Source: Bdellovibrionales bacterium
GTDB lineage: Bacteria > Bdellovibrionota > Bdellovibrionia > Bdellovibrionales > UBA1609
Assembly (NCBI GenBank): GCA_965199825.1
Contig: OZ241329.1
Span: forward strand, 2,528,001 to 2,592,000
Reading direction: 5' to 3'
DNA: 64,000 bases
Made by a program: the position numbers and the translations under genes. Positions 49,666-58,946 of the stretch are shown in pieces (the first letter of the stretch is position 1; each line of letters begins with the position of its first letter). The notes beneath the pieces are model-generated. The model saw only the letters and a program-made list of their open reading frames with translations. It ran no database searches and was not told where the DNA came from.

Positions 49666-50162
49666 AAAACTTAGGCTTCACCCTTATCGAAGTTTTGGTG
49701 GCCATGATGATCCTGGTGGGTGGAATTATTATTGTGGCCAACAGCTGGTCAGGAAATCTTTTAAAAATTCGCAAAGCCAATGTGTACAATAACGTGGGCG
49801 TTTTACTCGAGCGCAAGGTCACCGAACTTGAGGTCAAATATCGCGACAAGCCCTTAACCGAAATCAAAGCCGAAGACAGCGGTGATTTTGAAGGGCTCCC
49901 TCAGTATCAGTGGAAAATGAAATCTCGCGAATTTAAAATGCCCGATCTCACCGCCGCGTTGCTCAAAAATAAGGGCGGCAACGCAGACGAAATGTTTTTA
50001 ACCATGATGAAACAGGTCAATAGCTTTATCGAAAAATCGGTCAAAGAAGTTAAAATTTCTGTGATTGTAAAATCAAATAAAAAAAATATTGAGTACTCGG
50101 TCACCACCTATTTTGTCGACTACACCAAAGATTTTAATCCTCTCGCTGGCGGCGCTCAGTGA
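49662..50162 (+). CDS. gspI: Minor pseudopilin I
   Basis: GFTLIEVLVA; gene order. Confidence 0.8.
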   Translation: MKNLGFTLIEVLVAMMILVGGIIIVANSWSGNLLKIRKANVYNNVGVLLERKVTELEVKYRDKPLTEIKAEDSGDFEGLPQYQWKMKSREFKMPDLTAALLKNKGGNADEMFLTMMKQVNSFIEKSVKEVKISVIVKSNKKNIEYSVTTYFVDYTKDFNPLAGGAQ

Positions 50163-51001
50163 GGTCGGGATTTACTCTGATCGAAGTTGTGGTGGCGATT
50201 GCGATCTTAGCAGTTCTCTCAATTTACACAGCCCAAAGTATTCAACGCGGAATCAAATCCAAAGCAAAAATCGAAAAGGAAATCGAACGCACGTCGGTGG
50301 TTCGTGACGCGCTCAAGGTGATCGAGCGTGATATTAATTTGGCTTTTAATTATCGCGACATCAATGTGAGTCTTTATAATCTTGCGGGCCAAGCGCGCAC
50401 CTCGCAAAGCCCGAGTGCTTCCACCACTCCGATCCCGGGATCCACCCAATCCGCAGTGGCAGTTCCCCAAGCTGCGGCGTCGCCGTTTAAGCCCAAAGAA
50501 CAAAAACTTCTCACCGCATTTTTGGGATCGAACAAAGATATTTCTTTGACCACATTGAGCGGTGTAAGAACTCAGGCCGACACCCAAACCTCAGACCAGG
50601 TGGTTGTCGGTTATCAAGTTAAAGACTGCACCAATCGCATAAATAAAAATCTCAAAAGTCGGTGCTTATGGCGACGTCTCAATCCCATCATTTCTGATGA
50701 CATCACAAAAGGTGGTGATGAGACCGTGCTGCTCGAAAACGTGACCCGATTTGAATTGAGATATCTTGGGCCTGGAAAAGAAACCGAGTGGATCAAAGAT
50801 TGGTCTTCCGGAGTCAAAGGTGATGATTCCACTCGCGGGAAATTTCCTTATGCGGTCGAGATCACCATTGAGGCCCAAAACAAAAACATTCCAGGCGATA
50901 AACCAGTAGCCATGACTTGGGTTGCTTCATTAAGATTTCCAAATAATGCCGAGCCCACGAGTTCGGCGGGAGCAAGTGTTGGGACTTCTCGCACCCCTTA
51001 G
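50159..51001 (+). CDS. gspJ: Minor pseudopilin J
   Basis: GFTLIEVVVAI, ERDI, W..DW, P.AVEI. Confidence 0.82.
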   Translation: MRSGFTLIEVVVAIAILAVLSIYTAQSIQRGIKSKAKIEKEIERTSVVRDALKVIERDINLAFNYRDINVSLYNLAGQARTSQSPSASTTPIPGSTQSAVAVPQAAASPFKPKEQKLLTAFLGSNKDISLTTLSGVRTQADTQTSDQVVVGYQVKDCTNRINKNLKSRCLWRRLNPIISDDITKGGDETVLLENVTRFELRYLGPGKETEWIKDWSSGVKGDDSTRGKFPYAVEITIEAQNKNIPGDKPVAMTWVASLRFPNNAEPTSSAGASVGTSRTP

Positions 51002-52196
51002 AAATAATCGAGGTGTCGCACTCTTAATTGCGATTTTTTCTTTGATGCTGATGGTATTTATCGCCAACGAAGTCTCCTACGACACGACGATCGAATATTT
51101 GATTGCGTCTCAGCAGGTCAATCGACTCAAAGCCTACTATGCGGCAAAAGCCGGAGTTGAATTTAGTCTTTTAAGAATTTCGGTTTACAAAAAAATTCTT
51201 GCAACCTTTGGCGATCAGCTCAAAGGCAACACGGCAATGCTTGATCCGGTTTGGCAATTTCCTTTTTCTTGGCCGCCCCTTATGCCGGGCGAAATGAATT
51301 CGGCAGACAAAGACAAAATCAATTCGGCAGTAAAAGAATCCACAATGGATGCCTCTTTTTCTTCGACAATTTCTTCGGAAGGTCAAAAAATTGATGTCAA
51401 TGATCTAGGCGCCTTTTTGCCCGAGGGAAAAGGATTTCGAGACGCCACCCGTCTTCAAATTCTCAAGATTTTTCAAAACCAAATGGAAACCGATGATGGC
51501 TTTCGCAAAAAATATGGTGGGACAAATTTCGAAGAGGTCGTAAACAATATTACCGACTGGGTTGATGAAGATAGCGAGTCTTTAAATGGTGGGGATGAAA
51601 AACGCTATTATCCTGATATTCGCTCTGATTTTATTCCGCCAAATACCCCTTTTAAAACAGTCGATGAACTTCATATGGTTGCCGGGATGAAAGAGGATTT
51701 CTTTAAAGTTTTAAAAGATCGGATCACCGTTTATGGAACCAAAGGATTGAACGTCAACTATGCCACTCGCGAAGTTTTAAAATCTTTTGATGTGCGCATG
51801 ACCGACGAGGTAGTGAACAATATTATGAAGCGAAGAAACAATCCTCAAGAAGGTCCTTTTAAAGACACCACTGATTTTTATAATTTTTTGGATGGTCAAG
51901 GTGTGCGTCTTGATCGCAATGCCAAAAATCAAATTCCATTGTTGTTTGGACCAGAATTTAATTTTCGTATTCAGAGTACTGGTATATTTGCCAACTCTCG
52001 GCGCGAAATCACCGCGGTGGTTTACGATTACGATAACGTAAGCCAAAATTATTCCAATTGGGTTCAAAGCTCGAGTGCTCAAAATACCGCAACTCCGGGT
52101 GCCGCACCTTCCACCGCGACACAGGGCCAACCCACTGCTCCCAAAATTCAAACCGGAAAAGGACGACCAACCATTGTGTATTGGCAGGAAAATTAG
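50946..52196 (+). CDS. gspK: Minor pseudopilin K
   Basis: RGVALLI, DWVDED, ELHMVAGM, LNVNYA. Confidence 0.9.
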   Translation: MPSPRVRREQVLGLLAPLRNNRGVALLIAIFSLMLMVFIANEVSYDTTIEYLIASQQVNRLKAYYAAKAGVEFSLLRISVYKKILATFGDQLKGNTAMLDPVWQFPFSWPPLMPGEMNSADKDKINSAVKESTMDASFSSTISSEGQKIDVNDLGAFLPEGKGFRDATRLQILKIFQNQMETDDGFRKKYGGTNFEEVVNNITDWVDEDSESLNGGDEKRYYPDIRSDFIPPNTPFKTVDELHMVAGMKEDFFKVLKDRITVYGTKGLNVNYATREVLKSFDVRMTDEVVNNIMKRRNNPQEGPFKDTTDFYNFLDGQGVRLDRNAKNQIPLLFGPEFNFRIQSTGIFANSRREITAVVYDYDNVSQNYSNWVQSSSAQNTATPGAAPSTATQGQPTAPKIQTGKGRPTIVYWQEN

Positions 52197-52275
52197 GATG
52201 GGCATCCGCCTCGACAAAAGTCGGTCGTACTGTGTCCAGTGTTGCAATGAATTTCTCATAGCCTAAGGTATTAAT

Positions 52276-53913
52276 ATGAAGTCGGTCGGCATCGATATTG
52301 GAAGTTTTAGCGTTAAAATTGCAGAGATAGACACCACTTCCAAGGGCTTCTCTCTTTCGCGTCTTCAAGAATTCCCACTTTCGCAAGATCCCACTCGAGA
52401 TCGAAAAATCGAGGTGATCGAACTTTTACGCAACACTTTTAATAATTATGATCCTTCTGTTTATCGATTTGTTTTGTGCTTAAGACAAAACCACGTGAGC
52501 TCAAGGGTAAAACGATTTCCATTTCGCGAACGCCACAAAATCTTGCGCTCGCTCGCATTTGAACTCGAAGATGATTTGCCCTTTTCGCCTGAGGATTCAA
52601 TTTTTGAAGCCAAGATCACAAAATATTTTGGTAACGAGGCCGAAGTTTTTGCACTGGCAAGCCCCAAAGAGCGCATCACCGAAGTTTTAAGTTTGGCCTC
52701 GGACAGTGGCGTCGATCCCGATCTATTAACCAGCGAAGGGGTAGCCCTTAACAATTTGATTGAGCCGTTTTTATACCCTCCCCGCGAAGAGCCCCAACTC
52801 GAGAGTCCCCTGCCCGAACCAAAAAGTTCACAAGTGATTTTAAGTTTGGGCCACGAGCATTCGGTTTTGGTTTTATTAGAGGAAGGCACTCTCAAACTGA
52901 TTCGTCATATCGATTGGGGCGGAAGAAATTTAGCCGAGAGCCTCTCAAAGGCTGCCAACATCCACTATCTCGAAGCGCTCAAAATTATGCGCAAATCGGC
53001 TCTGTTATTTGGGGACGAAACAGCGACGCCTGAGCAAACCGGAATCAGCAAAAGTTTAGCCAAAGGATTTGAACCGCTCATTCAAGAAATGAAACTGTCG
53101 CTTTTAGAATGCAGTGCTGATTTTCGATTAGACATCAAAGAGATTTTTATTTGTGGTGGTGTTGCCAACTTAAGAAATATCAATGCATTTTTAACTCAAC
53201 AATTCGGTGTTGTGGTCAATCGCATCTTGCCGTTACCTTTGTTTCCAGAACTCAATTTTGAAACCAACACTCAAGGTGAACTTTCTGGAGCCTTGAGCAT
53301 TGGGCTTGCGATCGAAGGTATGCGTCGGCCAAAAAATCCGGCGGTGCAGTTTTTAAAAAATGAATTCGCCAAACAAAGTCAAAGTCTTCAGATGGCCTGG
53401 GACAAGTGGAGTTACACACTTAAAATCGCCACTGCCACATTTGCTTTGTTGCTGGCTTATTCTTACTTTAAAGATGATTTCGCAAGCTCAGCAGCAGAAG
53501 AGGCCCAAACTTTACTTCGGAGCCAAGCAAGCTCGATTGCGGGCCTTAAAGGTCCAAAGGCCACGGTCAAAGCGATCCGTGATTTTTTAAAAGAAAAGCA
53601 AGATGAAGAAAAAGGCCGAGCTCTTTCCGAAAAAATCTCTGAGCTCAATCAGGGGCTTGATGTGCTAAATCGCTTAAGCTCCTCACTCCCCGGTCGCAGA
53701 AATTTATCGGTCCAAATCAGTCATATGGTCTTAAGCGGCGAAATCTTAGATCTGCAAGGTGATGTGAGCTCACAAGTGGAGCTGGCCACTTTAAAAAATA
53801 CTCTGACTAATCTCTCGAGTGATTCGCGCCTAGAGGTTCTCTCGGTCAAACCGCAAGGTGGGCGCGTGGGATTTGCATTTCGGCTTCGTATGGCAAGGTT
53901 AAAGGGAGGCTGA
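52276..53913 (+). CDS. gspL: GspL (PilM-like actin fold plus TM and periplasmic domain)
   Basis: VGIDIGSFSVK, ICGGVA, TM near residue 380. Confidence 0.8.
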   Translation: MKSVGIDIGSFSVKIAEIDTTSKGFSLSRLQEFPLSQDPTRDRKIEVIELLRNTFNNYDPSVYRFVLCLRQNHVSSRVKRFPFRERHKILRSLAFELEDDLPFSPEDSIFEAKITKYFGNEAEVFALASPKERITEVLSLASDSGVDPDLLTSEGVALNNLIEPFLYPPREEPQLESPLPEPKSSQVILSLGHEHSVLVLLEEGTLKLIRHIDWGGRNLAESLSKAANIHYLEALKIMRKSALLFGDETATPEQTGISKSLAKGFEPLIQEMKLSLLECSADFRLDIKEIFICGGVANLRNINAFLTQQFGVVVNRILPLPLFPELNFETNTQGELSGALSIGLAIEGMRRPKNPAVQFLKNEFAKQSQSLQMAWDKWSYTLKIATATFALLLAYSYFKDDFASSAAEEAQTLLRSQASSIAGLKGPKATVKAIRDFLKEKQDEEKGRALSEKISELNQGLDVLNRLSSSLPGRRNLSVQISHMVLSGEILDLQGDVSSQVELATLKNTLTNLSSDSRLEVLSVKPQGGRVGFAFRLRMARLKGG

Positions 53914-53914
53914 T

Positions 53915-54583
53915 GTGGCAGGCTTAAGTGATCTCAAAGATCAGTTGCGGGAGCGTTGGCAAGCCGTCTCAGAACGTGTTCAAGAAAATGCGCTTTACAA
54001 CAACATTATCGAAAAATACGAAGCGTGGCCGTTAATCGCCCAGCGTGCTTTGTGGATTTCGCTGATTGCGGGTGCATTTTTATTTTTGTTTTCTATCCCC
54101 TACTCGTTTTTAGATTCAGCCTCGCAACACCTTGCTGATTTTGAAGAGCGCAGAGTTTTAATTCGAGAACTATTGAAATCTTCAAGAGCTTCAAGAGAAA
54201 TGACCCCGGTGATCTCGGGCCCATCGTCTTCAGACTTAAAAAATCAAATTACAAATGTGCTAAAAATGGCAAACCTGATTCCCGAGCAAATTGCCGCAAT
54301 CAGCGACACCGATGCTCCAGAAATGCAATCGCTCACCCCCAAAGGAATTTCGAATTCTTCTTTGAGCGTGCAGTTAAAAAAACTCAATGTTCGGCAAATT
54401 GCTGATCTGGGTTTTGAATTTGGAAAAATCCATCCTGCGGTCAAATTGGTAAGCCTCGAATTGACCGCTGCTCGCGATATCAAAAATTATTTTGATGCGA
54501 CCTTTAAATTGACGAGCTTTTCATTTCCGTTTGGCACAGGTCATCGCGGCGCAGTTTCACACGACGAAGAGAGCGACGAATGA
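53915..54583 (+). CDS. gspM: Type II secretion protein M
   Basis: Single TM plus periplasmic domain; position between L and N. Confidence 0.65.
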   Translation: MAGLSDLKDQLRERWQAVSERVQENALYNNIIEKYEAWPLIAQRALWISLIAGAFLFLFSIPYSFLDSASQHLADFEERRVLIRELLKSSRASREMTPVISGPSSSDLKNQITNVLKMANLIPEQIAAISDTDAPEMQSLTPKGISNSSLSVQLKKLNVRQIADLGFEFGKIHPAVKLVSLELTAARDIKNYFDATFKLTSFSFPFGTGHRGAVSHDEESDE

Positions 54584-55548
54584 AAAGTGCAATTCAATGG
54601 GTCTTAAATATTTTTCGTTTTCATAAATTGAAAATCGTCGTGGTGATCTTAAGCTTTTTGGTTTGTAGTCTGCTGCGATTTCCGCTGGATGATCTGTCTG
54701 GTGTAATGTCGGCACAGATCACTGAGGCAACCCAAGGCCAAGTGTTTTTACAGTTTGAAAAATTGGGTTTGGCATTTTTCCCTCAACCCTCGCTCTCTTT
54801 TACGGATGTTCTTATCGACACTCCCGTTATCTCGAATCTCCACTCCAAACGCTTAAAGCTTTCGCCTTCGATTCCTGCACTTTTGACTTTCCGAATGGGA
54901 TTTGTGGCCGACGCGAGCGAAATTTTGGGGGGAGATACCGATTTTAGTTTGCGCGAAGGCGAAAAAACCAAGGAAGGCGCAAGAAAATATCAGATCGCCC
55001 TTAATGCCGAGCATCTTAACCTCGCCGAAATCAAAAAAGCGCTCGATCTGCCCGTGCCCCTAAAAGGTGCGGTCAATGCCAAATTGAGCGGCAACGTGGA
55101 TCCAAGTTTTATTGATCAGCCCGAGGGTGATGTGCAGATGACGTTTGCAAGCCTCGAGGTTCCGGCGTCGAGTGTGCCCACTCCTTTTGGTCCTATGAAC
55201 TTGCCCACTGTCAAATGGAGCAACGTGGTTTTGAAGGGGCGCATGGCCCAGGGCAAATTTTTTGTTGATGAAGGCAAGGTGGGTGCGGCCCAAGATCCAT
55301 TGAACGGCCAAATCAAGGGTCAAATGGATGTGCGAATTTTACGCAGCGGAAATGCCGATGTGAGCAGCTATGATTTTCGTGTGGAGCTCAACTTAAATAA
55401 GTCGGTCGAAAAAGATTTTGGGCTTTTTTTAAGTTTTCTGGACACATTTCGGACCCCAAACCTCTCAGGATCTAAATACCTCTTTCGCGCCACTGGCCTA
55501 CGTTTTGGAGTGCCACCTCGCTTAAGTGCTTTGGCAAGTTTTAATTAA
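54580..55548 (+). CDS. gspN: Type II secretion protein N
   Basis: TM followed by FPLDDL; beta-rich; last gene of the cluster. Confidence 0.7.
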   Translation: MKSAIQWVLNIFRFHKLKIVVVILSFLVCSLLRFPLDDLSGVMSAQITEATQGQVFLQFEKLGLAFFPQPSLSFTDVLIDTPVISNLHSKRLKLSPSIPALLTFRMGFVADASEILGGDTDFSLREGEKTKEGARKYQIALNAEHLNLAEIKKALDLPVPLKGAVNAKLSGNVDPSFIDQPEGDVQMTFASLEVPASSVPTPFGPMNLPTVKWSNVVLKGRMAQGKFFVDEGKVGAAQDPLNGQIKGQMDVRILRSGNADVSSYDFRVELNLNKSVEKDFGLFLSFLDTFRTPNLSGSKYLFRATGLRFGVPPRLSALASFN

Positions 55549-55623
55549 CATGCTAGCTTCGGCCATCGCTAATCGCGATTTTAAACCAGCCGAGGCGATT
55601 TCAAAACAGGAAAGGGTATTTCA

Positions 55624-56049
55624 ATGTCAGGTATTAATAAGGTTTTAATCATTGGTCGACTCGGGCAGGATCCCGAACTTAAAACTGTAGGATCGGGTCA
55701 GCAGGTAGCGCGTTTTAGTATTGCGACAAGCGAAAATTGGACAGATCGCGATGGCAAAAAACAAGAACGAACCGAATGGCACCGTATAGTTGTTTGGGGA
55801 AAACTTGCCGATCTTTGCGGAAAATATTTGGCAAAGGGCCGTCAAGTGTATGTAGAGGGTCGACTTCAAACTCGTTCTTGGGAAGATAACCAAGGTCAAA
55901 AAAAATTCACCACCGAAGTGGTTGCCAACACGGTTCAATTTTTGGGAAGCACCAATTCTGCTCAAGCCAGTGGTGGACAAAAAGATAATTTTGAAGACTT
56001 CGGGCCCGAACCTTCGTTTGACAACACCGCAGACGAGATTCCGTTTTGA
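55624..56049 (+). CDS. ssb: Single-stranded DNA-binding protein
   Basis: [30 protein letters not shown]-terminal DEIPF. Confidence 0.98.
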   Translation: MSGINKVLIIGRLGQDPELKTVGSGQQVARFSIATSENWTDRDGKKQERTEWHRIVVWGKLADLCGKYLAKGRQVYVEGRLQTRSWEDNQGQKKFTTEVVANTVQFLGSTNSAQASGGQKDNFEDFGPEPSFDNTADEIPF

Positions 56050-56285
56050 TTCGAGTTTTATGCTGTTTTATTTTTTTAAGCGCGTGCTCGGTCTATCAGT
56101 CCGACGCACGCAAAGTGCTCGAGAGCCGTGGGCTTTCGGTGGCAACCGTTGCGACGATGTCGGCTAAAGTGGAAGAGGGCTGTGTTGAAGCTCCAGCTGA
56201 TCAAAAACTAAAAGTCGAGGCCAATGGATTTATACCTCGAGTGATTCGTCACCAATCCTCCGGCCTTTATTATATCTGCCCATAA
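56046..56285 (+). CDS. Small lipoprotein
   Basis: Lipobox LSAC; overlaps the ssb stop. Confidence 0.55.
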   Translation: MIRVLCCFIFLSACSVYQSDARKVLESRGLSVATVATMSAKVEEGCVEAPADQKLKVEANGFIPRVIRHQSSGLYYICP

Positions 56286-56351
56286 AGTCCTGATGAAGTT
56301 GTGGTTGCCCTAAATAAGTTTTTGCTCTTAGACTTATAACCGAGGGTGCTT

Positions 56352-57209
56352 ATGAAATTGATCACAATATGTCTTGCCGCTTTTTTTATTACTCCTTTAG
56401 CCGCTTTGGAAGTGTCCAAGGTGAAAGGCAATAAAGTTCTTATCCAAATGGATGATAAACCCATTGCTCCGGGTGAGGAGTATTTTGTGGTCAACGGTGA
56501 CGGCAAAAGAAAAGGACTTGTGAGCATCAAACAGGTTCGCGACGAACGCGCCATAGGTTTACTGACAAAAGGCCAAGCCGAACCCGGTTGGACACTCGAA
56601 AAACGAAAAAGCAAAATTGTTGGCAAAAACAAAGCGGACTCTACAAAACGGGTTTCGATATCGGGACGTCCTCACGATCGCGCCTACTATGGTATTCAGA
56701 TTGGTTACTCACAAAACAAAATGGATGTGACTCAGAGTAACGGGTCCGCAATTGCAATGACCGGTGGCTCGATCAATGTTCGAGGGATTTTTGATTACGA
56801 AATGTTTGATCGGATTTGGTTTCGCGGCGGAGTGGGCTATCTCGGATTTACAGTCAATGGGCCAAGCACCGGATGTAATCCCAATAACAGCTACGGCAGT
56901 GCCTGTAGCGCAAACATCACCTACATTGATTTTGATTTTTGGGGCCGCTATCTCTTTTCAGACGGATTTTATAGACCTTGGATCGGTGGCGGGTTTGCTT
57001 TGATATTCCCAATGAGCAAGACCGCAACGCCCCTTGACCCTGCCTCGATCAGCAACAATAGCGTGATCTCGATTGGCGGCGGTCTGGATATGTTCTTTAG
57101 CGAAAAGTTTTTTGTTCCATTACAGATTGAATATGGGATGTTGCCAAAATCGGATACGGTGGCTGCAAGCCTGATCACCGGCCGCATTGGGGTCGGTTTT
57201 ACTTTTTAA
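56352..57209 (+). CDS. Outer-membrane beta-barrel protein
   Basis: Signal peptide, amphipathic strands, C-terminal GVGFTF. Confidence 0.75.
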   Translation: MKLITICLAAFFITPLAALEVSKVKGNKVLIQMDDKPIAPGEEYFVVNGDGKRKGLVSIKQVRDERAIGLLTKGQAEPGWTLEKRKSKIVGKNKADSTKRVSISGRPHDRAYYGIQIGYSQNKMDVTQSNGSAIAMTGGSINVRGIFDYEMFDRIWFRGGVGYLGFTVNGPSTGCNPNNSYGSACSANITYIDFDFWGRYLFSDGFYRPWIGGGFALIFPMSKTATPLDPASISNNSVISIGGGLDMFFSEKFFVPLQIEYGMLPKSDTVAASLITGRIGVGFTF

Positions 57210-57218
57210 GAGGAGCAC

Positions 57219-58088
57219 ATGGCGATTGTCAGCATGACAGGTTTTGGCAACGCCAAAGGATCCACTTCGGATGTTGAAATCGAAATTGTGCTCAAATCGG
57301 TCAATGCCCGGTTTTTGGAAGTTAAAACCCATCAACCTCGCGAATATCTTATTTTTGAAGCCGAAATTAAAAAACTGATCAAAACATTTTTTAATCGCGG
57401 CAATATTGATGTCTTTATTTCGCGCAAAACTCGCAATGTAAAAAAAATGGTGAAGCTCAACGAAGATGTTTTGGCTTCTTATTTTTTAAATCTAAAAAAA
57501 ATAAATGCTCGATTTAAAATTCCGGTAGCGATCTCTTTTGGTGATCTTTTAAAGGCCGAAGGGGTTCTCAATCTTGTCGAGAAGCACAAGCCCATCACTT
57601 CTGAAAAATCTTTTTTGTTTAAACTTTTGAAACAAGCCCTCTCGAAAGCTCGTGAAAATCGATTGCGCGAAGGACGAGATCTTTATACCGAGCTTTTTCG
57701 CCTGTTAAAAACCCTAAAGGAACTCAAAACCAAGATTGAAGAAAAAATTGTCAAAGCCCAAGTGGATCGGTCACAACGACTTCACGCGCGCTTTAAAAGA
57801 AATCAGCCCGAAGAGGCTGGCCGAGCCATTCATGAGATTGCGGCAATCTTAGAGAAATCAGATATCCAAGAAGAACTTGTGCGGATTTCAACCCATATCC
57901 AATTTTGTTTCTCAATTTTGAAATCCGAAAAATCTCCGGGAAAAAGTTTGGAGTTTTATGCCCAAGAACTTTTGCGAGAAATGAATACGATTGGATCAAA
58001 GGCTCAGGTGGCAGAAATCGCTCACCTCGTAGTGCGCTCAAAAACCACCATTGATCAATTTAAAGAACAGGTGTTGAACATCGAATGA
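57219..58088 (+). CDS. yicC: YicC/YloC-family endoribonuclease
   Basis: [39 protein letters not shown]. Confidence 0.93.
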   Translation: MAIVSMTGFGNAKGSTSDVEIEIVLKSVNARFLEVKTHQPREYLIFEAEIKKLIKTFFNRGNIDVFISRKTRNVKKMVKLNEDVLASYFLNLKKINARFKIPVAISFGDLLKAEGVLNLVEKHKPITSEKSFLFKLLKQALSKARENRLREGRDLYTELFRLLKTLKELKTKIEEKIVKAQVDRSQRLHARFKRNQPEEAGRAIHEIAAILEKSDIQEELVRISTHIQFCFSILKSEKSPGKSLEFYAQELLREMNTIGSKAQVAEIAHLVVRSKTTIDQFKEQVLNIE

Positions 58089-58645
58089 ATAAAATCCTTA
58101 TTATCGTTGGCCCAAGTGGTGTGGGAAAATCCACCTTGATTGCTCGAGCCTTAAATGAGTTTAAAGAACTCGAAGATACAACGACCTACACCACCCGAAA
58201 TATGCGTGAGGGCGAAAGCGAAGGATGTCCCTATCATTTTGTTGATCACAAAAAATTTGAAGAACTCATCACTCAAGATTTTTTTGTCGAATGGGCCAAG
58301 GTCCACACCAATCTCTACGGCACCCCCATGCAACAGTTAAAAGAAGCTTGGGCTAAGGATCATGTGGTCATCATGGATGTGGACATTCAGGGTGCGCAAA
58401 GTTTTAAAAAACGCTTTAAAGAGGCTGTGGCGGTTTTTATACTTCCCCCCTCGATTGACGAATTGAAGAAAAGAATTATCAAGCGCGACAAAGGTGAGCC
58501 TAAAGATATTGGGGTTAGGATGGAGAATGCGGTCAAGGAAATCGCTCAGGCTCCGTTATGTGACCATCAGATTCGAAATGTTGATATCGACCAAGCTTAC
58601 GATGAATTAAAGAAAATTATTGTCGAATTGGTCAAAGCTCGCTAG
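58085..58645 (+). CDS. gmk: Guanylate kinase
   Basis: [37 protein letters not shown]. Confidence 0.97.
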   Translation: MNKILIIVGPSGVGKSTLIARALNEFKELEDTTTYTTRNMREGESEGCPYHFVDHKKFEELITQDFFVEWAKVHTNLYGTPMQQLKEAWAKDHVVIMDVDIQGAQSFKKRFKEAVAVFILPPSIDELKKRIIKRDKGEPKDIGVRMENAVKEIAQAPLCDHQIRNVDIDQAYDELKKIIVELVKAR

Positions 58646-58689
58646 TTTACGGGGTTTTGCCTTTTAAACTCAAAAAAGATGGAGTGCTC

Positions 58690-58941
58690 ATGGCTAGAAT
58701 TACGGTGGAAGACTGTCTTGATCGAATGAACAACCGATTTGCACTGGTCATCTTGGTCTCAAAACGCGCGAAACAACTGTTAAAAGGCGACTCAAGCACC
58801 CTGCCAAATAAAAATAACAAATATATCGTCAATTCTTTAAGAGAAGTGGCTGCAGGTCATGTGTACTACGAAATCGACGAGAGCCTGGGTACGGTTGAAG
58901 AACAAATTCAATCCGATCTCAATTATTTAAAGTCCTATTGA
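58690..58941 (+). CDS. rpoZ: RNA polymerase omega subunit
   Basis: [16 protein letters not shown]...KRAKQL; GGAG SD. Confidence 0.95.
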   Translation: MARITVEDCLDRMNNRFALVILVSKRAKQLLKGDSSTLPNKNNKYIVNSLREVAAGHVYYEIDESLGTVEEQIQSDLNYLKSY

Positions 58942-58946
58942 TTTGA

